A stretch of 63,221 nucleotides of DNA, filler included, from Octopus bimaculoides (GCF_001194135.2; 6 parts of 6 records of this genome joined end to end with filler, not necessarily neighbours in it), one strand, 5' to 3'; shown: positions 39,168 to 52,984, numbered from the whole stretch's first letter. Made by a program: numbers and translations. Notes: generated by a model not told the origin, from the sequence alone.

Positions 39168-39275
39168 AATATTATTGACAGTGATGTCGAAGTTTTGGCC
39201 AGCTAAACCATCGTCAGACTGCACTTCGATGATGGCTTAGTTGGCGAAACTTCGAAGTCACTCACAATAATATTC
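39168..39275. ncRNA. Palindrome made of two head-to-head degenerate hammerhead motifs
   Basis: Arms 39168-39219 and 39226-39275. The left arm on the minus strand keeps CAGT-CTGACGA and ACTG. The right arm on the plus strand keeps GAAA-CTTCGAAG-TC (palindromic helix III, GUC). Confidence 0.6.
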
Positions 39276-39387
39276 CTGCTTAATAGTAATACATTTGCAG
39301 TCTACAACTAACCCTTCATATTAATGTGACATTGTTTTTATTATAACTAAAATCCAACATTGATACACACACGCACATATGAATATG

Positions 39388-39437
<50 letters not shown>

Positions 39438-39769
39438 GGGATAAAAATCCAAATTTACAGGTAAAAACTCAAATTCTTTTCTCTAAATTATATACTGGCA
39501 TGTATGTGTATGGAGGTAAATACATGTGTATATTTATGTATTTATGTATTTATATGTATATATATCTATCTGTGTCTGTGAACGTGTGTGTGTACGTGTG
39601 TGTATGTGTGTGTGTGTGTGTACAATACATATATAGATATATGTTCATATATAGAAATACATATAATAATATGAGTAATGTATCCATATATTAAATCAAC
39701 AGACAAACAACGCCGAGAGTCACTTGAAACCGAGCTTTAACACAAACGATATCGTAGTATCAATAATCG

Positions 39770-40145
39770 TGGTACTCCGTCGGTTACGACGACGAGTGTT
39801 CCACTTGATACGATCAACGGAACAGCCTGCTCGTGAAATTAACGTGCAAGTGGCTGAGCATTCCACAGATACGTGTACCCTTAACGTAGTTCTCGGGAAG
39901 ATTCAGTGTGACACAGTGTGACAAGGCTGACCCTTTTGAAATACAGGTACAACACAAACAGGAAGAAAGAGTGAGAGAAAGTTCTGATAAAAGAATACAG
40001 CAGGGTTCGTCACCACCCCCTGCTGGAACCTCGTGGAACTTTGGGTGTTTTGCTCAATAAACATTTATAACACCCGGTCTGGGAATCGAAACCGCGATCC
40101 TATGACCGCATGTCCGTTGCCCTAACCACTGGGCCATTGCGCCTC
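39770..40145 (-). mobile_element. tRNA-derived SINE family C, near full length
   Basis: Minus-strand head GAGGCGCAATGGCCCAGTGGTTAGGG (A box) ... GGTTTCGATTCCC (B box), followed by a non-tRNA body. No CCA end or full cloverleaf. The extent of the body is inferred. Confidence 0.7.
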
Positions 40146-41469
40146 AACAGTATCACTAATACATCAGATGAGAAAGATAAACATTTCTTGGCATCTCATT
40201 AGTCTATTTAGAGCAAAATTGAAACAAAATTGGTATATCTTTGCTAGAGGACCGTGAACGTGTATTTAATAATGATCCAGCATCGAATGTGAACAACAAA
40301 CATTTCGATTTCACATACATGTAGTCTCTTACTCTCATACGTCCACGTAAACACATTTACATGCAGCTATAACAATATCATGATCTATACAAATGTTAGT
40401 TAGCCGTGTTGTTTGTTTGGTTGTGTGTGGGTGTAGGTTTGTGTGTTTGTGTGTTTGTGTGTTGTGTGTGCGTTGTGTGCATGGACACATATATTTGTGT
40501 CTATGTGTGTATGGAGATATGGGGAAAACAGTATTTGTCTGCCTGTCTGTCTGTCAAATTTATCACATGGTTGCATCTGCATCTGTGTCTGTATATGTTT
40601 GTATCCAATGCATGCAAATCTGTATAGGTATATAAACACTCACACACACACACACACACACNNNNNNNNNNNNNNNNNNNNNNNNNNNNNNNNNNNNNNN
40701 NNNNNNNNNNNNNNNNNNNNNNNNNNNNNNNNNNNNNNNNNNNNNNNNNNNNNNNNNNNNNNNNNNNNNNNNNNNNNNNNNNNNNNNNNNNNNNNNNNNN
40801 NNNNNNNNNNNNNNNNNNNNNNNNNNNNNNNNNNNNNNNNNNNNNNNNNNNNNNNNNNNNNNNNNNNNNNNNNNNNNNNNNNNNNNNNNNNNNNNNNNNN
40901 NNNNNNNNNNNNNNNNNNNNNNNNNNNNNNNNNNNNNNNNNNNNNNNNNNNNNNNNNNNNNNNNNNNNNNNNNNNNNNNNNNNNNNNNNNNNNNNNNNNN
41001 NNNNNNNNNNNNNNNNNNNNNNNNNNNNNNNNNNNNNNNNNNNNNNNNNNNNNNNNNNNNNNNNNNNNNNNNNNNNNNNNNNNNNNNNNNNNNNNNNNNN
41101 NNNNNNNNNNNNNNNNNNNNNNNNNNNNNNNNNNNNNNNNNNNNNNNNNNNNNNNNNNNNNNNNNNNNNNNNNNNNNNNNNNNNNNNNNNNNNNNNNNNN
41201 NNNNNNNNNNNNNNNNNNNNNNNNNNNNNNNNNNNNNNNNNNNNNNNNNNNNNNNNTATTAGAAAAACGCCAAATACTGCGGTATTCGCCTTGAGAGCCC
41301 TTTTCATATAGACATACGGTGCTAAGGGCACAGAGATATATATTAGTGCTCTTCGCACGAGAGGATCTCTGAAGGCATTCTAATAATACCTCCATGTTAA
41401 GTAGGATATAAAGATTGCCCTTCAATACCAATACTGCTTCCGTTACTAATATCTCATACATATATATGT

Positions 41470-41511
<42 letters not shown>

Positions 41512-41725
41512 TATATAATACAATAATATACATAAATATATACAGGTAGAGAGGGTGAGAGATGGAGAGAAAAGAGAGGGAGAGAGAGAGAGAGAGCAAG
41601 TGAGAGGACATTTCGGGTTTGACCTACGATATTTTTCTGTAAAATTTACTCGCGGATAGCGTAGTGGATAAAGGTGTTGATTAATGCAGTGCAAATTCCA
41701 TGCAAAACACTGAAGTGAATCATAA

Positions 41726-41815
41726 GACACCTGAAGAAGGCTAGAGCATACACACCCGAAACATAATGAAAGTAACAATGAAGAAGCGGACACTGCTCCG
41801 ACTAATGTAAATAAT
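41726..41815 (+). ncRNA. Degenerate hammerhead remnant related to the 8.2-8.7 kb family
   Basis: GACAC-CTGAAGA-AGGCT...CCGAAAC, with the same downstream AATGTAAATAATG tail. Helices II and III are decayed. Confidence 0.4.
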
Positions 41816-42397
41816 GTACATGATATTTTTCTGCTCTTGTAATGTTTCACCTCCAAAGCTCAGAATCTAACAAATTTAAGTGCAGAAGATCAGTTAGTTT
41901 GCCATGATTGTCAGTCTCTCCTCACTACTCCACCAGCAATGCCCAAGGGAAACGTAAGCTCAATACACCAAGGCGACAATTACGTCGACAGTATTGCCTT
42001 CAGAACGAAAAGAGCCGAAAAAGCAGATACCAGAAAGCACTCAAAAACTAACACTTTAAGAGTCTGTCGAACTCATTACCCTAAATTGGTCATTTTTATC
42101 GGCCCTGAAATTATGAAAGCAAATTGCTCTTGCCTGAGTTTGAATACAGAGCACAGACTCTCGGATTAAATACCGCAAAGTATTCTGAGCAAAGTAGTCT
42201 GTCAATTGCTGCTTTTTCTATGTCCGTCTGTATGTGTGTGTGTGTGTGTGCGCATATGTATGTTTCTACATGTGTATGTATATATGTATGTGTGCGTCTT
42301 TCTTTCAAACGAGCTGTATTACGGACATTACTATGGTCAAGTATAATCGTTGAGACCATTGAGAAAGAATGCAATCACGATGCCATCGTTACTATTA

Positions 42398-42456
42398 CTC
42401 CAGTCTGATGATGAAGCTGGGGAGGTCTTGAAACTCCAATGAGTCAATATATGGAG
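42398..42456 (+). ncRNA. Degenerate hammerhead-like motif
   Basis: CTGATGA 42405-42411. GAAA 42430-42433. Helix III ACTC-CAAT-GAGT with a GUC triplet. CTCCA/TGGAG distal helix I. Helix II pairs poorly. Confidence 0.4.
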
Positions 42457-42750
42457 AAAGGTTGTTGTTCTAAGCTAATCACAATGATTAATAAGGTAAT
42501 AGGAAAGATCTTTAATAAGAATTAGAATTGAATATAATAGTATCAGTAACAATATTCTACATACGCGCACTAATATATATATATATATATATATANNNNN
42601 NNNNNNNNNNNNNNNNNNNNNNNNNNNNNNNNNNNNNNNNNNNNNNNNNNNNNNNNNNNNNNNNNNNNNNNNNNNNNNNNNNNNNNNNNNNNNNNNNNNN
42701 NNNNNNNNNNNNNNNNNNNNNNNNNNNNNNNNNNNNNNNNNNNNNNNNNN

Positions 42751-42782
<32 letters not shown>

Positions 42783-43344
42783 TACACACACATACACATA
42801 TGTCAATATACATACATACATATACACACACACATATATATGTATGCATGTATGTATGTATGTATATTGACATATGTGTATGTGTGTGTATGTGTGTATA
42901 TAAAGATAGACAGGCAATGAACAGGTTTCTAGTCAGATTTATGTTTATATTTATACAACATATTGGGATAAAAGGAATATAAGTTACAGATCACATGCTT
43001 GCGTCAAATGTTGAATTTATAGCCGGAGTTTAGACACAGATTCGACCTGAGCGCTAACTGTATGCACCAAAAATCTTACGTCATTTGACATCATATAACT
43101 TATAATTTATAGGTGGGTCGGTAGAAAGTTATACATATATATTATGCATACATATGAGCGTATTTTTGTATCGCATAAATGCGTGCACATGCATAGTCAT
43201 ATGCTTATTCTGGTGTCAACCACCAGGTTTCGCTGAGGCACCATCATCTCTCTCTTTCAGTTCGCCGTCAGTTTATGTATCTGCATATTTTCATACATAC
43301 ACACTTACATATTTACATTCATACATATTCGACACGCATTAAAT

Positions 43345-43550
43345 GCAGCGAGCTGGCAGAATCATTAGAACGCCAGACAAAATGCTTTGCAGCATCTCGT
43401 CCGTCTTTATGTTCTGAGTTCAAATTCCGCCGAGGTCGACTTTACCGTTTATCCTTTCGAGGTCGATAAAATAAGTGCCAGCTGAGTATTAAGGGTCGAT
43501 GTAATCGACTTAACCCCTCCCCGAAATTGCTGGCCTTGTGCCAAAAATTG
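43345..43550 (+). mobile_element. SINE family B copy
   Basis: GCAGCGAGCTGGCAGAATC...GAGTTCAAATTCCGCCGAGGTCGACTTT...GGTCGATGTAATCGACT. Confidence 0.85.
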
Positions 43551-43684
43551 CCACTAGTATTTGACACATGGTCCATTTGCAATGAATCTCTTTCTTTTCT
43601 AGTTTCTATAATCCCAGTGGCTACAATATCCAATCGCAGTAAAGAGTCCATCTGTGGCATACACATTTCATGTGTCTGACTTAC

Positions 43685-43935
43685 CATCTGCAGATGGAGC
43701 TATCGTCTGCCATCCAATGAATCTCCACTGGGTACATGTACTTTAATTTTCGTAGTTGCATATGGCCGACTAAATATGATACTGAGTAACCAACCGAGAA
43801 GTTGTTGGTTCTAATCTCGTACATACATCTATATAGCACAATCCACCTAGTCACAAGTAGGTTATTGTAATCATTGCCTAATCTCAGATAAGCCTTGATC
43901 AAACTAATTATCCGAGATATATCGCCCGTGACCAT
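43685..43935 (-). CDS. Candidate exon (84-codon open frame ending at a consensus donor)
   Basis: Frame ...LKYMYPVEIHWMADDSSICR(W) ends at CAGATG|GTAAGT. The 5' boundary is unknown and no homology was recognised. Confidence 0.3.
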
Positions 43936-44591
43936 ATTGTCTGTGTTTTGTTTTGTTTTTCGGACACATTATATGTAGAACTACATTAAACAACACGTTC
44001 TTTCCGTTTTTAATACAATAATAATTTAATTGAGATCTGGTTGTTTTTTCTAGAAATCTCATCGGCTATTTAAAAGCCATCTTATTGTATCATGTTGCAT
44101 GTACATATAGTATCCCTGCGTGGTGTAACTTCCGTAATAAGCAGCAGTAAAAGTATGCTCCTTTACGACTGGGTTTTAACTCAATACGCACGACAAATTA
44201 TCTACGATAGACTGGCGAACAACAATAACTTACTGGAAACAGTTATATATCTATTATCAGCTTGACTCACGACATGAAATCCAGAAATAGTTTCAGTGCA
44301 GTGCACTGTGGAGGTTCATATTCTATACACATGCAAACAAACGATAACACACACACACACGCATACACGCTTAGAGGTACAATAATTGTTATTGATATCA
44401 GAAATGACATAGCACCTACGCATTCGTACGCACAAACGAATATATATAGATAAGTGTGTGTGTGTGTGTGTGTGTGCATATGTTTCTGGACACGTGCATG
44501 TACATGTGTATCGTTGAACATTGATAAACATATAAACATCGCAACAATATATATATATATATTGATATACTCTATTGATATAAGTGGCATG

Positions 44592-44658
<67 letters not shown>

Positions 44659-45315
44659 GTCTATCTATCTATCTATCTGAATACGTGCACTAACGCACAC
44701 GCACGCACTTAAGACACCTATCCATATTCAAAGAAACACTTAAGACCCTACTATATGTACGATATATTAGAACGGAAAGAAACATATTTCGAATCCACTA
44801 CATGTTACATCGGGCGAGTATCTTCTACCATGTTCACGTGAGTGAAAATGGGAGACAATATCTGTATACATACATACATACATACATACATACATACATA
44901 CATACATGCATGCATGCATACATACATACATACATACATACATACATACATGCATGCATGCATGCATGCATACATACATACATACATACATACATACATA
45001 CAAATGGAATGAATTAGAAATGAAAACTTCAAATCGTGATTTAACACCGACAGACGCGCGTACACACTCACACACACGCACACATACACACACACACACA
45101 GAAACACAGACACACAGACAACACATACACACACAAACAAACAAACACACACACAAATATACACATACACATATATTACAGGCATGGAATGTAGTATATG
45201 AGTTATGCAAGATTTATTTTGTTATTTTTCGATCTCTAGTTTCGATCTCTAAATTTACAAACGCTTTCAATAATTTATACAAAATATTTTGCTGCTCCCT
45301 CAAACATACATACAT

Positions 45316-45364
<49 letters not shown>

Positions 45365-45424
45365 GCTCTCTCTCTCTCTCTCACTCTCTCTCTTTCTCTC
45401 TATCTATCTGAGCGTCTGTTTGTC

Positions 45425-45466
<42 letters not shown>

Positions 45467-48105
45467 CTCTTTCTCATACACACATGCACAGATAGATACA
45501 CATGAGTCGGAACGTCATAATTTCCTGGAATTTTTCATTGCTAGGAAATTAGGAATACAAAAACTAAAAAATATTGTATTCCTGGAAATTTCCTGAGAAT
45601 CAAGTCCATTCTATTAAAATATATTTATATTTGTGTAGAAAGCATTAACATTTTGCGTAAAAAGAAAATAAAAATTTCCTGAAGGTTACAGTCTATTTCA
45701 GTCAGATTGATGGTTAGGTACAACATGGATTTTCTGGGATTTTTGTTTTCAAAGCCTTTCCAGACTTGTTTTTCCCGAACCGAAGGTGGTCACTACTAAA
45801 TTAAACAACCATTAAATTTACTTATATACTTAAACGAAATCTGTATATTATCATATCCAATACAATACTGTACTGTGCAAGATACTAGTATGTACAAAGC
45901 ATTAGTAAACTAGTATGACGGCTGCTTGAATTTCAAGCCTCTACTCGTAAATTAGTAAGGACTATAAAGGGTTTCCAGGCCCTCAGTATCCGGAAAGTAT
46001 TGTCTCGAGAAGCGTATATTGTTGAAGGTGTTGACGGCCAAACTTGATGGCAATTTTATAAAGAGGTGAGAGTAAAGATTCTCCCACTTTTGATGGATAT
46101 TAGAGGAATAATTCGGAGAGCAACGAACAGTTTCTGAAAGTTTATATATTTCTACGTCCAGTTATTTCTAATATTTTCTATTGTAACAATGTTTTTGGAT
46201 CATAGAATATTGAATGCACTTTTGATTGTTTTTAAGATTTGTTAATGACAACTTTTAATCCCTCAAGGGAAAACTTTTCTTTTGATGGAGTGGATGGTTA
46301 TATATATGAGTTGTACATAAGAGACAAACACACACGCACATACATACATACATACATACATACATACATACATACGTACATACGTACATACATACATACA
46401 TACATATACACAATGTATATACACATATATAAATGCGTATGTAGAATTATGTATGATTACATGTATGTAAGTATCCATGTATATACACGCACAAGCACAG
46501 AAGCACATACGCATCTATTGCTTGATAATAATAGTTGTGTGCAAAACAAACGAATGGTTGGGTAGGATATGGCGCTTAGGGAACAGAAGAAAATCAAAGA
46601 AATGTAAAAGTATGAGAGAATAAGAATGAGCATTGAGCACAAATGAATATTTTTTGAAAGCTGAAATAAAGTAATAAAAATGATTCCAACGGAGAGGAAG
46701 AAAAATTAATTAGGTAAAAAATTAGCGAACATAAAATTAATAGAAATGTAATTATAAAAGATAGATTGCAAGTTGTCCAAACCGTGCAAGGGAAATAACT
46801 TGGAAATATAAAATAAAAGATATAAAATATAAAAATGAAATAGTTAACTTCTTCAATGTATGAAGGCAAAGATGGAGCCAAAAAAAAAAAAAAAATTACG
46901 GCGTTAGGTCTGATTGTTCAAAGAGCTACCAATTGAGTTTGGAGACAAATAATTACGAAGTAAATAATTAGAAGCGTACCTACACGAGCTTAATAAATCG
47001 GAAGTTTCATTTAATATTGTTTACGATTCAAGATTGAACTGAGGAATGTTTATACAATGCAATTTGGTCAAGACTTCTCCATGTTGTTTTAAACGTAGTT
47101 GGACTAGATCCTTTAAAGCCCAATATGTTTAGGCCAACTTGACAAAAATCTTTTTTCTGAATGTTAAAAGAATGGAAATGCTGGCAAAACCGCATCTTCA
47201 ACTTGTTTCCAGTTAATCCAGTGTAAGATTTAAACAGAGAGCTTTGTCTAGATGTTCGTCAGTAAACAAGTTAATGCATTTGAATGGCAGTTATAATTGA
47301 AAGGAAAATTATTCGGATACAAATACAGATAGGGGCGGAGAGAGAAGCATTGAAATTGGAGAGCCCTTGTGAACTAAAACAGTTAATTGAGCAAGCAAAC
47401 TTTTTAGGGCAAAGATTCGTAGGAAAGTGTCAAGTAATTAAATCTCGGACATTTTGGAAATGTTTGTTTTTACATTCAAGCTAAAGACTGGTTTATACCA
47501 CAAGGATATTTCTTCTATTTTTATGCTTCGGGAGAATGATGTTTGTAATATATTTAATTTTATGTGAAAAGCTCTTGTTGCGAAATACATTCTAACAATG
47601 GAATATCCGGAGGATAATGAAAGCATATGTTTATTAATATTTGGAATTACATTTCATACAAATCTGAGCGGATGATTAACATTCTTATTAGTATAAAGGG
47701 CAGAATTTATTTGTATCTCAGTTGAAAGTGATATCTAAAGATTAGTGTCAAGCTATATAATTTTAAGATCTTTTCTAAGCTCATCTCATCTAATTCATGA
47801 CAATTCGTACTGCATAAGACGGAGGGCCTGTCGTCTCTACAATGAACTTTTCGCATGGTAGAAAACATTTTATGCGGAGCGGTCTGAAACATAAATTGTG
47901 ATAATCTCGCATAATTCAGCTCTGTCATAGGAGGAACAAAACAATTCATAACCGTTTTGTTCACAATATATATTCTCAAAAACAAATGCTTTCATAAATT
48001 ATTCTAATAGTGACGGCGATAGCTGAAATTTAGAGAAGCGGTTTAGTCCCTAGAGGGATAAAAGTCAATTACCTCGAACTAAATAATTTTCAGTGTCGTC
48101 TGTCA

Positions 48106-48564
48106 TTAATACAAGTACACTACTGACACACTAGTTTTCAGTAAGCTAAAAGATTCAGCATTTTGTATTTCAAATATAATTGAATCTGGGGTATACTTAT
48201 TCACAAGTCCGAGCTCAGTATTTTGCTGGGTTGAACAACTTGCGTTTAAAGCCAATAGAAAAATTAAGTTTGTGATCTTAAATGAAACAAGTGGTGTACG
48301 TGGATCTAAATAATCTACTTTGTAGTTTGTATCAAGACTGGTAGTTATAACCTTCGCTTCCAGGTTACAAGAATGGTGTGAATCAATGTCAGGGTTCTCA
48401 TCAATGTTGGTGAATATCATTAAATTATAGCCTGTTGTATGTGCTTTTGTGTATACCATGTACGTTTTGGCTTTATCCAATGTTATATGTATTTTTCTTG
48501 TTTCAAAATCTTCAGAAACCGTTGTAAACATTCTTGAATCATATTCTCTTTCGCAGATAGGCAA
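48106..48564 (-). CDS. 152-codon non-repetitive ORF, candidate exon of an unidentified gene
   Basis: The longest high-complexity ORF in the window without a TE signature, in AT-rich DNA. A polypyrimidine acceptor (TCTTCTTTTTTTTACAG) and tandem NAG sites lie just upstream. Confidence 0.4.
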   Translation of the reverse strand: MPICEREYDSRMFTTVSEDFETRKIHITLDKAKTYMVYTKAHTTGYNLMIFTNIDENPDIDSHHSCNLEAKVITTSLDTNYKVDYLDPRTPLVSFKITNLIFLLALNASCSTQQNTELGLVNKYTPDSIIFEIQNAESFSLLKTSVSVVYLY

Positions 48565-48790
48565 AAGAGTAAAAGCAATTCTAATCTGCTGCTATCTCTG
48601 TAAAAAAAAGAAGACATTCTAGATAATTCGAAGCAACAATCAGGCGAAACTATTAGTTTCACAGAGAGAGCCCTGTCGTTTAACTCCAAGGTCTATTTAC
48701 ACATAGCGGTTAAATGCATGTTTATTAAATATGTATATGTAAACTTATTTACAATTTTTCTACACACACGCACACACATTTTGAGTAATT

Positions 48791-48868
<78 letters not shown>

Positions 48869-50242
48869 CACGTGTATAATGTGCTTATAATTACGCATAA
48901 TATACATGTGTCTATGTGAGAATACATTGGGATATATTAAGTTATGTCATTAAATTTCCTTTTTGAAAATAATTTTGTTTTATAAAAGTGCGGTTCATAA
49001 TTTTCTTAAAAGTAATGCCTTTTAAGAAATGGTTACAAACCTAAATTGAGTCAGGGATATAGACTTGGCTTCTTAAGAAGTTACTTTTAATTTGAATGCT
49101 TATTTTTGGATGTGTATGTATATAAACATTCATAACATTCCAGAAATACGTCTACCAAACATACTTACAATTAACTGCCACATTTTTCTTAGACTTTTAT
49201 CACCTTGACTATCACCTTACCAAGCAGACGATCATTTTTAGACAGTAATAGTAAGAAAAGTGCGCAAGTGAAGAGAGACAGCATCTAATATTATACGCAG
49301 TTCTTATCCAGAACGCTTTACTACCAATGCATTTACTCTCCTAAAACTGTACTGGTTATAATACATTAGAAGATAACCTTCAACTGTTGAACCTGCACTC
49401 ATTAATACGTTATAAGATAACCTTCAACTGTTGAACCAATAAGTCATTAAGTTGCTAAACCCACTACATTGACTTGCGAGTCTTCTGCTCGACAAAATAG
49501 TTTCTTATTTCTTTTCAAATTCATCATGAATTCCTACATAGGTACAGACTCATATTTAAAGAGTTATGGAAAGTAAGGTTATATGATGTTCTCAAGGACA
49601 TTTGTTGCATCTATCTAGAATTAGCATAGCTGTAATCTGGTTCAGATTTTAATTTGGAACTGTTATACTAATGGCTATCTACACACCGTGCAGAATACAA
49701 AGGGTCAATATCATAAGCAATATCAACACTGTTTAATTAACATGTTTTAATTTTTTTGTAGTAATGACTAAAGACCTTATGATAAAAACGCTAAAAATGC
49801 TCAATATTTTTTCAGTTTGTTTCTGTTTCTACTTTTCCTGGCATGACTCAAAACTGGCAAAATATTCTTCATTGAAGAATTCTCATAACAATCTAATATA
49901 CTTATATCTATGTAGAGATTAATAATTCAATCGTTTGGAAACCTTAACAAAACACAGATAGACGAATGGAGACAAAAGTGGTCTTGGAACTTCGTTTATG
50001 TAGAATTGTCTTAGGCTCTTTCCTTTGACAAAACACTTAACTCTCTTCTGATGGCTCCGTTCACCTAGGTGCAAATTAGTAGGAAAAATAAAACAGTTTG
50101 ATTGCCAACCTTGACTTAATATGTAACAGATTTCACTTCAACTCCCGACAAGCTAAATCTAAACTTCATCTTTCAATTATTAATACATTGCTGCATGCAA
50201 AGCATACACCACCACCCACATGCACGCGCACATGCACACATA

Positions 50243-50316
<74 letters not shown>

Positions 50317-51631
50317 CTGGTTCGGTTCTGGAGATAAATCATTTCCATTATTTTACGTATCTAATAACCTCAGGCAAGGCGTTAACGTCTCACAATCTTC
50401 ACAACTCTATAAACCAGAGAAGCGCATCTGTACACCACAGACGATGAAATCTTTCAGGAGTGATGCAAGAGAGGAGTACATTGGAGTGGCTTCTCACTTG
50501 CTTGTTGTGATCACTTGAGTGTTTTAACTAAGCATTGCTAGCTGATAACGCTCGCCAGCTTTATAGTGGTGTCACGTTAAAAAAATTACAATAGTCTGAG
50601 ATGCTTCTTTACATCTAAGTGATATATATACCATTTGAGATAATAAGCGTCTTCGACCGAACATACTACATCATGTACGGTAGCCTCTCTGTTCAGCTTG
50701 CCATGCTATTCATCTTTGTGAAGTCTATAAATTAAATACTTATAATTCTTTGGTGTTTGATTAAGTTCTTGCACTACAAAAATATCTATTCCCCAGTCCC
50801 AAACTGAATATAATTGTAGGAAAATGATTCACGAAGCAAATGCTATAAACGCAAGAAGCAAATGCTATAAACGCAAGAAGCAAATTTCAGCTAGGTCGCG
50901 ATTGCAAACGAGGCTTCAATACACGACTGAAGCTTTTTCACTTCACTTCACGTTAAAGATGTCCTTGAGAAAGGCTTGAAACTCGATACCCCTATTTCTC
51001 TTTCCTTTAAACCAAAGAGTATTTTCTCTCTTTGTCAAAAAGAAAAAAGAAAAACAAGAGAACAAATGACGGTTCGTGTTCACATACACGAACACACATA
51101 CGCAAACACTCAGACACAGACACACATACACACACACAAAATCTGTATGACTGCTTATAGTGTTAATGTATAGGTGTTGTGCATTGCGGTATAGTGTGAT
51201 GTAGTAACGTTATTCTGTGTATAAGATTACACTGAAAATGTGTAGTACTGTGTTGTTGTTATTATTTAACTCCAGATCAGCCCTCATATCACACTCCATG
51301 ACCAAATATCTTCCAACCATGACCATCCCGGTTTTTTTTATTCTTGTAAATCTAAGACTACAATGTTTAATATATCCTTATTTTCTCAAGACGGTTGGCG
51401 TGTGTTATGAGGGAAATTTTCTTATCATTTCTAGCAGGCTGAGAGGGTTTTCACTTAAATACGTGTAGTGTCTAGGAATGTATACAGTGCGTGTGTGTGT
51501 GTGTGGGGGGGAGGGGGGTAATGTCGCATATATTATAATATAGTATAGCATAATATAATATGATATAGTGCTGTGCATAGTATAGTTGTTATATAGTATA
51601 GTATATTTCACATGTGAAATATTACTATGCG

Positions 51632-51830
51632 GGGTAGGTGTTGAATAGTTCCTGGTTTTGTGTAAAAGAAAATACAGGAGGATCATCAGTTAATTATGAT
51701 TTTATTCAACATATTCCTTTCTCAGATTCACACACTTATTTGCAGCGGTCTTTCTGTTTCCCTAAGCCCTGTAAAAGAACTCGGAAGTTTGAGCTTCCAG
51801 CCAGGCCTTTAGCGATACCCTTAGCATTAG
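51632..51830 (-). mobile_element. Mariner 3' fragment (same family as 53950-54096)
   Basis: Reverse complement gives KAWLEAQTSEFF...NKCVNLRKEYVE* and shares ATGTTGAATAAAATCATAATTAACT...CTCCTGTATTTTCTTTTA with 54015-54090. Confidence 0.7.
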
Positions 51831-52811
51831 TATAATATAGCGTCGTGTTGTATATAATATATATAGTTTAATACCGTGTTGTATACACTATATTGAAGCA
51901 TTGCGATAGAGCAGTGTAATGTGTATAGTATAGCATTGAGTCGTGCATAGTTGTGTATGATGTATTATCAAGTGTGTAGTTGTGTATAGCATAATGTAGG
52001 TTTGTGTGTAGAATTCTATATAGTGCTGTGTCACACTGTGTATAGTATTGCCTATAGTGTGGTACAGTTATATAATGAAATAAGGGGCGTTGCGTTACGT
52101 CACTTAATGAAGCTTAAACTTGATAAGGACATTGATAAACGACTCTGTCGCACTTTTATCTACTCGTAAAGCTGTCCCATTTTTAAAAAATTATTTTTCT
52201 CAGTCTTTTTCCTCTGAGTTAAGCTTTATGTTTATTTTTTTCCCCACGATCAGTCATCATACTGACACACAAGGCATTGCCATGGACGATGGTCAAACCA
52301 ATTGCCACCGGTCACGAAATATAAGCTCCTCCGCCCGTCACGTTTACTATCTTTACTCCAGTGACATTGGTAGACGAAAACGCTTTTGTCGATTTACCAA
52401 CGACACCTGTTGCGTTCATCACTATCCGTTCAATGATACGCATCACTGAACTAGTGGTGACGTATGCTTGTCTTGGTCCCCATCGCTCACAAGACGGGTG
52501 GAACGCAGCCTCCAAGATGAGGATGTGACGCAAGTTACGTTGTGTAATTTAATAATTAAGTCAGAATAATAATTATAATTGATGTCAATTGGTGTTCTGC
52601 AACCCGGGCGAGTTTATGCGGTGTGTTGATCTGCAAGCCGAAAGATTGGGTCGGGAATTTGCTTTGTGACACAAACACACAGACACATATTTACACAGTA
52701 ATATGACATAATTACTTCACAGAGTACGGCTTATAAACATATTACACACACGCACGCACGCACGCACACACACACACACACACACACATTTATCTCTCAC
52801 TGTACCTATCG

Positions 52812-52891
<80 letters not shown>

Positions 52892-52893
52892 GT

Positions 52894-52984
<91 letters not shown>

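Noticed and set aside
49370-50885. Short repeats as a possible CRISPR-like array (24-bp pair at 49370; 22-bp tandem at 50833-50885; also 26-bp tandem at 30116-30167)
   Set aside because: Only two or three units, mostly without spacers, in a eukaryotic context with no cas genes.
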